Of a DNA stretch of 64,000 bases, positions 12,961 through 24,248 are shown piece after piece. Under the pieces are notes generated by a model that saw nothing but the letters and a program-made list of their open reading frames with translations, searched no databases and had not been told where the DNA came from. Made by a program: the position numbers and the translations under genes. This stretch comes from Octopus vulgaris (lineage: Eukaryota): positions 45,756,001 through 45,820,000 of the forward strand of contig OX597824.1 of the NCBI GenBank assembly GCA_951406725.2, written 5' to 3'. Within the stretch, counting starts at the first letter, position 1; every line of letters begins with the position of its first letter.

Positions 12961-13360
12961 TTTACATTATTTACATTTGACAGATATTTGTCCTCATCTT
13001 GTTTGTTGTTAATACGTTTTGGCTGTAAGAGAGTGAGAGAAACATTGTTTATATAATTAGTATTTTACCCAAGTATGTGAAACTTTGAAGCAATGTATTT
13101 ACAAATTCACACAAATTCACACAATACCTTCATCTGGTATCTTGGAGAAATTTGGAACCTGGGTTCTCATTCCTAAGGTAATTTTTGCTGCTGCTGCTAC
13201 TGTTGTTGTTCAGGTCACTGCCTGGAACTGAACTTGGAATCTTGGGGTTAGTAGCCGTGGGCAATTATGGAGTGAAATTTAGGGCTTATAATATTTTCCT
13301 ATCCTTCCTCAATACCGGTTCCCCTATACCATTCATACCTGCACTCGGTCTACTTAGGAT
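12961..13360 (-). mobile_element. tRNA-head plus hammerhead composite element (family B), disrupted by a templated insertion
   Basis: Colinear with 44565-44899 except for a ~100-bp insert (13024-13127) in hammerhead loop II and a deletion in the tRNA-like head. Confidence 0.75.
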
Positions 13361-13377
13361 GATGATGATGATACAAG

Positions 13378-13531
13378 AATGTTGTTGACAATGACTTAGA
13401 AGTTTCAGCCAATGCTGGACTGTCAACAACACTCTTAAGAATAACAAATTCATTCTCTATAAAAGTATAGAGTAACCTATCAGATTAATGTAAAATTGTT
13501 TTTATTATAACTGAACATAGAACAAACATTA
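13378..13531 (+). mobile_element. Family C short element (Penelope-like end with an inverted hammerhead remnant)
   Basis: Inverted repeat GAATGTTGTTGACA / TGTCAACAACACTC, then AAAAGTATAGAGTAACCTATCAGATTAATGTAAAATTGTTTTTATTATAA shared with 14480-14645 and (reverse) 54110-54340; runs into (TATC)n. Confidence 0.65.
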
Positions 13532-13627
<96 letters not shown>

Positions 13628-13628
<1 letters not shown>

Positions 13629-14136
13629 AAAAAAGATGGGTGAATGTAGCAAGGATGGCACGTATGAATGACGAAGCCACCTTGAGCATAATCCTATGAA
13701 CCCAGAAATTGAAAACAGAGAGTTACCCACTTGCAAACAAATGTGGTAACATATAACAATATTGACCAAGGTTACCGTGGTCTTTTTCGTAGGCTTTTCT
13801 TCCCACGGATAAACCTTACTTGCTTTCCCCTTTACACCATACATCATGACACTGTGATACACGATCCCTATTGATCGTTTTTTTTTCCTCTCCCCCTTTT
13901 TTCCTCTTTTTCTTCTTTTTCATTTTTCTTTTCTTTTTTCCCCTTTTTTCTTTTTTCTTTTCCTTTTTTTCTTTTTTTCTTTACCTTTTTTTTCTTTTTT
14001 TTTGTTCTTTTTTCCCTTTTACGATCCCTTTTGATCGAAAACCTATGCCACCTTTTTTTTTTTCTCCCCCAAAAGAAAAGCTCTACCTTGTGACTTGTCC
14101 CATTTGTGTGCAGCCCCATGTGGCCAATAAAGAAAC
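13628..14136 (+). mobile_element. L1/Tx1-group LINE 3' end embedded in (TATC)n
   Basis: Starts with ORF-end-like RWVNVARMARMN, has a T-rich 3' UTR, ends AATAAAGAAA; (CTAT)n on both sides. Confidence 0.5.
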
Positions 14137-14379
14137 TTATCTATCTATCTATCTATCTATCTGTCTGTCTGTCTGTCTGTCTGTCCGTCCGTCTGTCTGT
14201 CAATCTGTCTGTCTATCTGTCTGTCTGTCTATCTATCTGTCTATCTGTCTGTCTGTCTGTCCGTCTGCCTGTCAGTCTGTCTGTCTATCTGTCTGTCTAT
14301 CTATCTATCTATCTATCTATCTGTCTGTCTATCTGTCTGTCTGTCTGTCTGTCCGTCAGTCTGTCTGTCTATCTGTCTG

Positions 14380-14428
<49 letters not shown>

Positions 14429-14460
14429 GCACACAAACACACACACACACACACACACAC
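14137..14460. repeat. Compound (TATC)/(TGTC)/(CA) microsatellite
   Basis: Seen directly; source of ORFs 13871-14605 and 14106-14516. Confidence 0.95.
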
Positions 14461-14479
14461 ATTATTCTGTAGTAAGAAT

Positions 14480-14645
14480 AGTGTTGGTAGTGACTTCACA
14501 GTTTCAGCCTGCTTAGCCTTCATTAGCCAGTCCAATGAAGGCTTGTTAAAGAACAATAAATATTTACGTTACAAAAAGTATAGAGTATACATCAGGTTAA
14601 TGTAAAATTGTTTTTATTATAAGTCTACATAATAACAAACATTAA
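14480..14645 (+). mobile_element. Family C short element with an inverted hammerhead-like motif
   Basis: Minus strand 14488-14530 reads CUAAUGA-A-GGC-UAAGCAG-GCU-GAAAC-UGUGAA-GUC-ACU; short IR AGCCTTCATT/AATGAAGGCT; family C tail follows. Confidence 0.6.
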
Positions 14646-15650
14646 TATATATATACATATGATGGACTCTCCTGTCCAAGACGATGTATGAGCATTCAGC
14701 TTACTGAACAACCTGCACAAATGTGTTTATAGTGATCAAATGTTCATGCTGCACATTAGTTCACTCTCTCCATCAAATCGATGTTGTCTGAGCAGGTGCA
14801 CTGTGTACCTGTGTCAGGTGTTCAAGTGATCGCAGAGCAGTGTGAGATGAAGTGTTTTGCTCAAGAACACAACACATCACTCAGTCTAGGAATTGAAACC
14901 ATGATCTCATGATTGTGAGTGCAACACCCTAACCACTAGGCCACATGCCCTCACATATGTGGTACTAGAGCCACATAAGAGGTACCAGTGCTGGTGCCAC
15001 ATAAAAGGCACTGAGTACATTCTGTAAAGCGGTTGGCATTTGGAGGGGTATCCATCCATAGAAATCATGCCAAAGCAGACACTGGAGCTTAGTGAAGTTT
15101 TTTGACTTGCCAACTCCTGTCAAACCATCCAGCCTATGCCAGGATAGAAGATGAATGTTGAATGATAATGATGATGATGAGGAATATGTATGTGTGTATG
15201 CACGTATATATGTATATATATATATATATATATATTGATAGAGAGAGAGGGAGAGAGAGAGAGGTGAGGAAGAGATCTGATATGAGGGTGTTTTCCAGAA
15301 CAGCAGGCTGATTTAAGAGCTAAAATTATTGATTGCTACTACACATGACAGCCAAAGTGTAGGTCATAAGTTCAAACCTGCAGTGGTGCTGTAATCATTA
15401 TGCCCCTATCAATCAATAAGTAGATAAGATAGTTGTGCTTTGGCTTATCAGTTGAGGGATTTTGCATTAATACACACACACAGACATACACACACTCACA
15501 TCCCACCACTACCGCCCCATGCATACACTCTCCACTCCCCAAACATTCCACACACACTCCACACTCACACACACACAAACATAAACACACACAAACATAC
15601 ACACACAAACACACACACACACACAACCATGCACACCAATGCACACACAA

Positions 15651-15683
<33 letters not shown>

Positions 15684-15684
15684 T

Positions 15685-15763
<79 letters not shown>

Positions 15764-16167
15764 TACACACAGAACAGAGCATACCTGTAGTTTCAGGAAT
15801 ATTAAAAACTAGCTTCCGCTCTTACCCATATCATTCGCTGTCTATCTGTCCTGCTCTCTCTCTATATATATGTGTGTGTGTGTGTGTAGTGTATTTTTCC
15901 CCATATATATATATATATATATGGGGAAAAATAAGTTCAAAAGAGAACAATTCAAACTTTTTGAGAAGTCCAAAAAGGGAGAAAGAATGATTTCTAATAA
16001 AGATTCATCATATTCATAAAAAACAGCCAGAGCAAGTAATAAGCATATGAAAATAGTAGTTGGAAAATATCGTTATAGGTATAAATATACCATAAAAAAA
16101 TTATAGAAAAATAGAGAAGAAAAAGATGTTGCACCAAAATTAGATTTAATACAAAATAGGATTCAAT

Positions 16168-16265
16168 ACATATGTGTGTTTCAAAGGACAATACAAATAT
16201 GTAAGAATAAATTTATAACCATAGTAATTATAATTAAATTTATGGATTGTCATTTTCATCAGTGT
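16168..16265 (-). ncRNA. Type I hammerhead ribozyme-like motif, long stem II
   Basis: Minus strand: ACA-CUGAUGA-AAAUGACAAU-(~53 nt)-AUUGUCCUUU-GAAAC-ACAC-AUA-UGT; intact CUGAUGA and GAAA, stem I ACA/UGU, G16.2 appears as A. Confidence 0.65.
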
Positions 16266-17060
16266 GAGTAATTTTTGTAAGGACATCAAAAAAGGTTTAA
16301 TAAAATAAAGTAAATTAAAATAAGATACAATAAGGGGGGATACAAATGGGGTAATAGGAAAAAAATCTGGTATTTACAAGCAAGTTGTAAAAGGGTAAAA
16401 AATAACAGTAATAATTAATAGTAAGAGAGACGAAAGAAAAAAAAAAGACATATCAATGTGTATGCACATCTAAATGTGAAGTAAACTATAACGTAAAAAT
16501 AAGAATAAAAATCTAACAGTTATGTTTTAAAAAATGGTAACAGGTCGAGACAAAGTATAATAAACAAAATATTTTACACGAGGCTAAAAAGTGATAGGCA
16601 AGACTATGTTTGAAAAAAATTACAATATTAAAGTAAAAATGTACACACATGCAAAGAAAAAAACCAAAGAGAACTTAACAAGGAAAAAACATCGATCAGA
16701 CAAGACCAACCAGTGTAATTCAAGAAAGTTATCTTACTCAAAAACTAGCCCATGGTAGGTGAGACAATCAGAGAAAAGTAGGAACAAAAAATGAATATAT
16801 GAAGGAGAAAATTATTATAAAATTATAAGTGACAGAAAAAAACATAAACACTTAATACATAAGGATATAGTCATACGCATATACATACATACACACATAC
16901 ACAACACACACATATACGCAAAAAAAAACATGCATACACTCACACATGCACATACAGGGGTGGAAGTGTGAAGGAAGATACAACAAGTAAAATAAAGAAG
17001 TACATATTCACATAAGACATATATAAATATAAATGAATAAACATATATATATATATATAT

Positions 17061-17251
17061 AACTTATAAATAAGGGCAAACGAAAAAATTTCTAATGCCA
17101 AATATGCCGAAAGTTGGACATATTGTCCATAACCATAACATTTTTCACAATAATCACGCTATTGTGAAAAATTATATGGTTATGGACAATATGTCCAACT
17201 TTCAGCATATTTGGCATTAGAAATTTTGTCGTTTGCCCTTATTTATAAGTT
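17061..17251. repeat. Long palindrome, 92-bp arms, 7-nt loop
   Basis: 17061-17152 is the reverse complement of 17160-17251 with about 4 mismatches; (TA)n on the left. Confidence 0.95.
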
Positions 17252-17489
17252 GTTTATAATTTTAACCTTTAAAGGTATTTTTTAATATGCTGGCCATTGA
17301 TAAAATTTTTTTTTTTCGAAAAAAGTTTTATCCTACATTAAATATATATATATATATACATATACACACATACATACACACACATATACAACCATATACA
17401 CATATACATGCAAATATATATAAATACACATATGTACAAACACATACATAAAACACAAACATGCACATACATGTACACGCACACACTGT

Positions 17490-18513
17490 GTTTACTTTGC
17501 AAGTTGTGAAATTTGTGTTTTTGTTATCACATGAATGCTGTAGTCAAGGATTTTGTATGGACAGGAACAAAGAACCAACGTGAAATTTTGTGTTAAACTT
17601 GGGAAGTCTGCTACAGAGGCATTGAGCATGCTTCAGAAAGCTTACAGCGATGAGGTAATGGGCCATATGCAATGTTTTGAGTGACATAGGTGCTTGAAAA
17701 GTGGAAAAACATCTCTGGAAGATGATGAATGATCTAGAAGACCTGCCATGAACATCATCCCCAGAAATGTGATATTGTGTATCTAGAATTCATCCCCAGG
17801 GCCAGACCAATAATCAAGAGGTTTACTGTGACGTTTTGAAGTGTTTGAGGTACGACATTCAGCAAAAGCGATCAGATCTGTGGAGTGTGAAAAATTGGGT
17901 TCTTCATGATGACAATGAACTCTGTCATCAAGCTCTCCTCACTCATGAGTTTCTCATCAAAAACATCTGATATCACTTCTGCACCCACCCCATTCACCAG
18001 ATTTAGCACCTCCAGACTTTAATCTCTTCCCCAAGATGAAAAAGCAGCTCAAAGGTTGCTGTTTTAACACCATTGTCAAGACTCAGAGCGAATTGTAGAA
18101 GGTCCTCAACTCACTTATGGAAAAGGACTTCCGAGTCTGATTACAAAAGTGGCAGGAATGCTGGGACTGGTGTATTGGTGTACAAGGTGACTATTTTGAA
18201 GAGGATGATATTAAGACTTATGTAAATAAGTTTTTTTTTTTTTAAATATGACCAGTATGGTGGTGAGCTGTCAAAAACGTTAGTATGCTGGGTGAAATGC
18301 TTAGTGGTATTTTGTCTCTCTTTTCATTCTGAGTTCAAATTCCACCAAAGTCAACTTTGCCTTTCATCCTTTCGGAGTCAATAAATTGAGTACCAGTTGC
18401 ATACTGGGGTTGATCTAATCGACTGGCCCCCCTCTCCAAAAATTACGGGCCTTGTGCCTATAGTAGAAAACATTAAACATGACTAGTCTTGGAACTTTTT
18501 GATACCATTGCGT
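17490..18513 (+). mobile_element. Decayed mariner transposase with right TIR, interrupted by a SINE
   Basis: QRTNVKFCVKLGKSATEA (HTH), WVLHDDN, HPPHSPDLAPPDFNLFPKMK, GDYFE; stops and an internal deletion; terminal GGAACTTTTTGATACCATTGCGTA. Confidence 0.9.
18258..18472 (+). mobile_element. tRNA-derived SINE, family S2 (Meta-like domain), with target-site duplication
   Basis: GAGTTCAAATTCC B-box and GCCTTTCATCCTTTCGGAGTCAATAAA core; TSD TTAAATATGACCAGT / TTAAACATGACTAGT. Other copies at about 37420-37640, 37930-38146, 43845-44045, 47665-47875, 48858-49065, 53880-54075, 58045-58255, 58768-58970. Confidence 0.85.
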
Positions 18514-19364
18514 ACATGTATGTGTTTCACTTGATATACATCCCTCATCCTCAATATTGCTCTTTCCACATACATTCTTCATTGACCTGATCTCTAACAC
18601 CAAATCATCTCACCTTCTGCATTGCCATATACCTCTCACCCACTTCATGCTCTCCACCTACCTCTCTCTCCAGTTTCTCCACACTCTCATGATTTCTCCA
18701 ATCACATCATCATTATCATCATCATCATCTCTCTCTCTTTTTATTTCTTCCTCTCTCTCTGTGGTTCTCTGTTTCTGTGTCTCTGTCTTTCTATCTCTGT
18801 CTATCTGTCCTTCTCTCTCTCTCTCCAATCTTTCCCCTGTCCTCTGCATCATTATTACAGTTTTGCTGCTCTTCCCTACATCAGCACCCTGTCAACTCAA
18901 TCCAATCTCTATAGTTATTACCTACTTCCCCTACTTATCATCCACTCCACACTTGTTCTTAATTCATTATGTTCACCCACCCACCCTCACCTACTCCCCA
19001 TCTCTCACTCTCCCTTACAATCTTGCAACTTCCACTGATTCTTCTGCTCTCATTCACTTCTACTCACCTCATGCTTCAAGAATTCATAGACACCTCATCA
19101 CTGCTTTTTCCTCTCTTTCCTGCCCCACCCAAATCACCCCAACCCCTCTCCTAAAATGTGAATAGCTATGTAGTCCCTCAACAGTATTTTCTATCAATGC
19201 ACCCTTTTGTTTTACTGTGGTGGACTGCTATAGCCTCTTGGTGTTTAAAAATTAGTTTTATAGATACTTCTTTCAAAATTCCTTCGTTGTTTTTCTCACA
19301 TTAACTTGTGTAGATTGAACTATGCAACACGTTAGAGAAAGAAACCTAGGTGTTTTTCCAATAC

Positions 19365-19590
19365 TCTTTACTCTTTTACTCTTTTACTTGTTTCAGTCAT
19401 TTTGACTGTGGCCATGCTGGAGCACTGCCTTTAGTCAAGCAAATCGACCCCAGGACTTATTCTTTGTAAACCTAGTAATTATTCTATCAGTCTCTTTTGC
19501 CGAACCGCTAAACTACAGCGATGTAAACACACCACCATCGGTTGTCAAGCGATGTTGGGAGGACACAGACACAAACACACACACACATAC

Positions 19591-19625
<35 letters not shown>

Positions 19626-19803
19626 CATACATACATATATACGACGGGCTTCTTTCAGTTTCCATCTACCAAATCCATTCACAAGGCTTTGGTCAGCCCG
19701 AGGCTATAGTAGAAGACACTCGCCTAAGGTGCCACGCAATGGGAATGAACCCAGAACCATGTGGCTGTTAAGCAAGCTATTTACCACACAGCCGCTCCTG
19801 CAC
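19365..19803 (-). mobile_element. Full-length, relatively young S1 SINE
   Basis: Head GGTGCAGGAGCGGCTGTGTGGTAA...GGGTTCATTCCC on the minus strand; (GAGTAAAA)n tail. Confidence 0.9.
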
Positions 19804-19809
19804 CAATAA

Positions 19810-19949
19810 ATACATCTAAATCAAAACTTTTTCATGTGCCCTTAATATACTGTTGTATGTAACAAATTTACTACTTTGCTTGTGTGGACTCCACAAAAAT
19901 CTTATATAGGCACCCCAGGAGTCATATGGACCCTGGTTGAGAATCACTG
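19810..19949. mobile_element. Partial hAT (Charlie-like) MITE end
   Basis: Ends GGTTGAGAATCACTG followed by CTCTAGAG; related to 60524-60769. Confidence 0.55.
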
Positions 19950-19995
19950 CTCTAGAGCAAGAAACCCATTTGGCTCTGGTTTCTTCTCTCATACT

Positions 19996-20146
19996 TTAAC
20001 CCTTAAACATTTAAACCAGCCATATCTGGACAAAATAGTCTACCTGTTTTATGTTCAAACTGGTCAGATTTAGCCTCTGATATCTTACCCTACAATGTCA
20101 TTTTAAAAATAAATCACATCATCAAAATCTTGAAGCTACGAGATCT
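19996..20146. mobile_element. Truncated piggyBac-type MITE
   Basis: Begins TTAACCCTT; only one end is visible. Confidence 0.4.
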
Positions 20147-20249
20147 TTGTGTTATCACATTAGAATTAATAGTGAAATAATAAAAGTGAAACAATATTAT
20201 ACCACATTACAATATAGATCTTATGTTTTCACTTTTGACACATAATACC

Positions 20250-20457
20250 AAACCAGTGTAAAAGATTGCTCTAGGCTCGCATTAGGCAAGAAGTTGAACA
20301 TTTTTTTGGCCCATGACACTCCATGGAGCCTAAGTAATGCATGTGTAAAATTTGAATGAAAATGGTAGGGTACTTCTCGAGTTTTAGGGATTCACACATA
20401 CAGACAGATAGACAGATACACTCACACACACACATTCTCAGTTTTATATATATAGAT
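20250..20457 (+). mobile_element. Helitron/Helentron-like non-autonomous end (DINE-1/Lep1-like layout)
   Basis: TGTGTAAAATTTGAATGAAAATGG...TCTCGAGTT...ACAGACAGATAGACAG...TTTTATATATATAGAT matches the general layout of such elements. Confidence 0.5.
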
Positions 20458-20819
20458 TATCAGGGTTTAAGGCTAGAATTTAATTTCAAATTTCAAATAG
20501 GAAAAGTCTGAATGAATACTTTTTTGTTAATCATAGTTGTAAATACTTTACAATTTGCATATTTTTTTTTTACTTGATTGAATATTTCAAAAGATTTTAT
20601 TGTATAATGACCTGAAGTAACTGCATAAAAAAAAATGTTTTTGTAGGTTATTTAACAAACATGCATAGATATTTTTGTCTGATTAAGTAGTTTGCTTCTC
20701 AACTACATGGTTTCCCACTGTGTGTCATCTTGAACAAGTGTCTTTTATAACCACAACCTGACCAAATCCTTGTCTGTGGATTAGGTACATGCAAATGGAA
20801 AGAAGTCCATTGTATATGG

Positions 20820-20857
<38 letters not shown>

Positions 20858-21117
20858 TTGTGTATGTATGTGTATAGGTCTCCTTGTTTTGACGTCACAA
20901 GACAGTTATGCTCAAGAAAGCAAAGCTTTTTCTTTTCCAGTCTTCTGGACCATCGAGAAATATTATCTAGCTTGGAAACTGGTGAAAGTTGATAACAGGA
21001 AAGGCATCCAGCTGTAAAAGATCTATCTCAACAAATTGTTCCTGGCCCATGCAAGCAATGATAATAATGATGATATACATATGTAAATATCTGTCTGTCT
21101 GTTTGTCTATCTATCTA

Positions 21118-21157
<40 letters not shown>

Positions 21158-21561
21158 TCTATCTATGCACACACACACACACACATACCCACACACACAC
21201 ACACACATACACATATATGTATATATTTAAAAATTTGGAAATATACACTATTAAACACTTTATCTATGTAAATACCAGTTTTCTGACCAGAGAACAATAA
21301 CAAACCTTTGGCAGATAGCATGCTGATTATTTCTTGTTTGCTAGATAACAATGTTAATAATCAAACCACATTGACTTTAAATTCCTTTCTCAAATTAACC
21401 ATAAACCTTTGCTTTCTGCTTTTACCTTTACTAATCTTTCAACTTCCACAATATTTGTTTGACACACCCAAATAACACAACTACATAGCCATATATCTAC
21501 ACCCACACACATCGTTAGCTCCTACACGCATTTTTTCTCTGCTTGTTTTTTTTTCTGTGTA

Positions 21562-21599
21562 TCTTTCTGTCGAAGAGCGTAGGCTCGAAACGTAAAAGA
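21562..21599 (+). ncRNA. Minimal type I hammerhead motif (family A element 21515-21690)
   Basis: UCUUU-CUGUCGA-A-GAGC-GUAG-GCUC-GAAACGU-A-AAAGA: 5-bp stem I, 4-bp stem II, ACGU palindromic stem III, A6U variant core. Confidence 0.75.
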
Positions 21600-21687
21600 C
21601 TTTTTCTATTCCTGAGCGCTATACTAATACAGGTGTTTGTTTGTACTCCACCTGCCTTCGTCTTTTGTTTATTTTCATAAACTTTCC

Positions 21688-21770
<83 letters not shown>

Positions 21771-21774
21771 AGTA

Positions 21775-22139
21775 TCATCATCATCATCGTCGTTTAACGT
21801 CCGTTCTCCATGCTAGCATGGGTTGGACGGTTCGACCGGGGTTCTGGGAAGCCAGAAGGCTGCACCAGGCTCCAGTCTAATCTGGCAATGTTTCTACAGC
21901 TGGATGCCCTTCCTAACGCCATATATATATATAGCTCTGTCTGGCACCTGTGCGGGTGGCACGTAAAAAGCACCCACTACACTCACGGAGTGGTTGGCGT
22001 TAGGAAGGGCATCCAGCCGTAGAAACACTGCCAGATTTGACTGGGCCTGATGAAGCCTTCTGGCTTCACAGACCCCAGTAGAACCGTCCAACCCATGCTA
22101 GCATGGAAAACGGACGCTAAACGATGATGATGATGATGA
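21775..22139. mobile_element. Two RTE 3' ends in inverted orientation separated by (TA)n
   Basis: 21775-21921 (minus) and 21935-22139 (plus) are copies of the same RTE tail. Confidence 0.85.
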
Positions 22140-22323
22140 TATATATGAAAGTCTATGAGAATTACTGAATTCAGTTTTTTAAGTGTACAGGTGATTTTTT
22201 AAAAAAATTATTTAAGAAAATGTAATGAAATCTATTATGAGGATGTTACTGAACTTTTTTAGGAAGACGTTTTTTTCTAGCATGTAAGCTCTTTTGTTTA
22301 ACCTTTTCAAACACACGTACTCT

Positions 22324-22370
<47 letters not shown>

Positions 22371-22528
22371 ATGTATGTATATAGTTATGTTATATTCCAT
22401 TACTATTCCATACTATTGATAGTATTACTATATACTACCAATTTTAAGTTTGGGCATTTGTCGTGTGTGAATGTAAAATTGAAGAAAGTGGAGTGAAGAA
22501 GACACATGGTTGGTCATTTATTTATTAT

Positions 22529-22632
22529 TTGCTTCAATTGTTTCAATGCAACATAGTTTTCCAAGAATACAGGTATTTGATTATGCAACTGCTTGTTTGC
22601 ATAATGAGATCTAGCTGTGTTTCCTCAGGCAA
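22529..22632 (-). ncRNA. Type I hammerhead-like motif, long branched stem II, cleavage-site change
   Basis: Minus strand: UUGC-CUGAGGA-AACACAG...(hairpin AUUAUGCAA/UUGCAUAAU)...CUAUGUU-GCAUU-GAAAC-AAUU-GAA-GCAA. Flank AAAATTGAAGAAAGTGGAGT matches the 53343 element. Confidence 0.65.
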
Positions 22633-22753
22633 TATATGCGTCTTGTCTCTGTTAGTTTAAAAATTGTCAACTTCAAAGCCATCTTCTCTGTTCGTTGGGG
22701 TTTGAATTTAGTAGCGGCTGATAGACCCATGTGTGTGTGTGTGTGTATGTATA

Positions 22754-22820
<67 letters not shown>

Positions 22821-22846
22821 ATGTATGTGTATGTATATATATATAT

Positions 22847-22930
<84 letters not shown>

Positions 22931-23835
22931 TAAAGGTTTGATTCAGGAGTGTTCATAATGGTTGTGATATATGTACTGCTACACTCCTGGAATAGTGATA
23001 ATGTGAGTCTGTAGTACTGAGATACACACACACACAGACACACACACACACACACACATACACATATATATATTTAAAATCAAAATAAGCAATAAGGATA
23101 TCCTTGTTGCTTATTTTGATTTTAATCACCTTATTTTGAAATTGTATGGATAATACCATACTAAATTCTGGTTCCTCAACTTAAGTGCCATATTCATCTG
23201 AATCTAAATTTTATATATGCGCACACACACACACACACACACATATATACATACATACATACATACATACATACATAAAATCACAATTAACTGATCCTCT
23301 TGTGTTTTCTTTTACCCAAAGCCAGAAACTTTTCAGCAACTTCTGGTACACACATACACACACACACATATATATCATCATCATCATCATCGTCAATGTT
23401 ATCATCATTGTTTAACGTCCACCTTCCATGCTTGCATGGATGGGACAGTTTGACAGGAGCTGGCCAGGCAGGAGCCTACACCAGATTTCTGTCAGTTTTG
23501 GCAGGTTTTCTTTTATGGCTGGATGCTCTTTCTAACACCAACCACCTATTACATGTGTGTGTGTGTCTGTGTGCGTGTGTCTGTGTATGTGTGTGTGAGT
23601 GTGTGTATGTGTATGTGTGTCCATACATACATACAAGTGCTAATGCATGAAACTTTCAGCCCTTGAGTCACTCTGTTGCAGTTAAATATTAATGGTGCCC
23701 CAGCATGACCGCAGTCAAATGACTGAAACATGTAAAAGAATATATATACACATACACACCTGTACATACATTTCCAGACACTCGCATGCACAGAGATACA
23801 CACACGTACCAACACTCACATACGCACACGCACAC

Positions 23836-23876
<41 letters not shown>

Positions 23877-23880
<4 letters not shown>

Positions 23881-24098
23881 CTGGCAGAACCGTAAGCACG
23901 CCGGGTGAAATGCTCAGCGGGATTTTGTCTGCCGTTACGTTCCGAGTTCAAATTCCGCCGAGGTCAACTTTGCCTTTCATCCTTTCGGGGTCGATAAATT
24001 AAGTACCAGTTGCGCACTGGGGTCGATGTAATCGACTTAATCCGTTTGTCTGTCCTTGTTTGTCCCCTCTATGTTTAGCCCCTTGTGGGTAATAAAGA

Positions 24099-24100
<2 letters not shown>
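23877..24100 (+). mobile_element. Youngest S2 SINE copy, in (TA)n
   Basis: CpG-intact GAGCTGGCAGAACCGTAAGCACGCCGGG...CCGAGTTCAAATTCCGCCGAGG...AATAAAGAAA. Confidence 0.9.
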
Positions 24101-24138
<38 letters not shown>

Positions 24139-24248
24139 CAATTAAGATTCAAGTCAATTCTAATGAATTTACTTGAATGCGGTACTTAACTTAGATGCAC
24201 CAGAAAACTATATGGTGTTAACCATACAGTAATGTGGGGTGATTATAA

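Noticed and set aside
18557-19165. 202-aa ORF and possible ribozyme remnant
   Set aside because: Pyrimidine-rich low-complexity sequence; any hammerhead resemblance near 19035-19175 needs too many changes.
22145-22325. AAACACACGTA resembling a hammerhead 3' half
   Set aside because: G12 is missing and there is no unambiguous CUGANGA; possibly a relic but not supportable.
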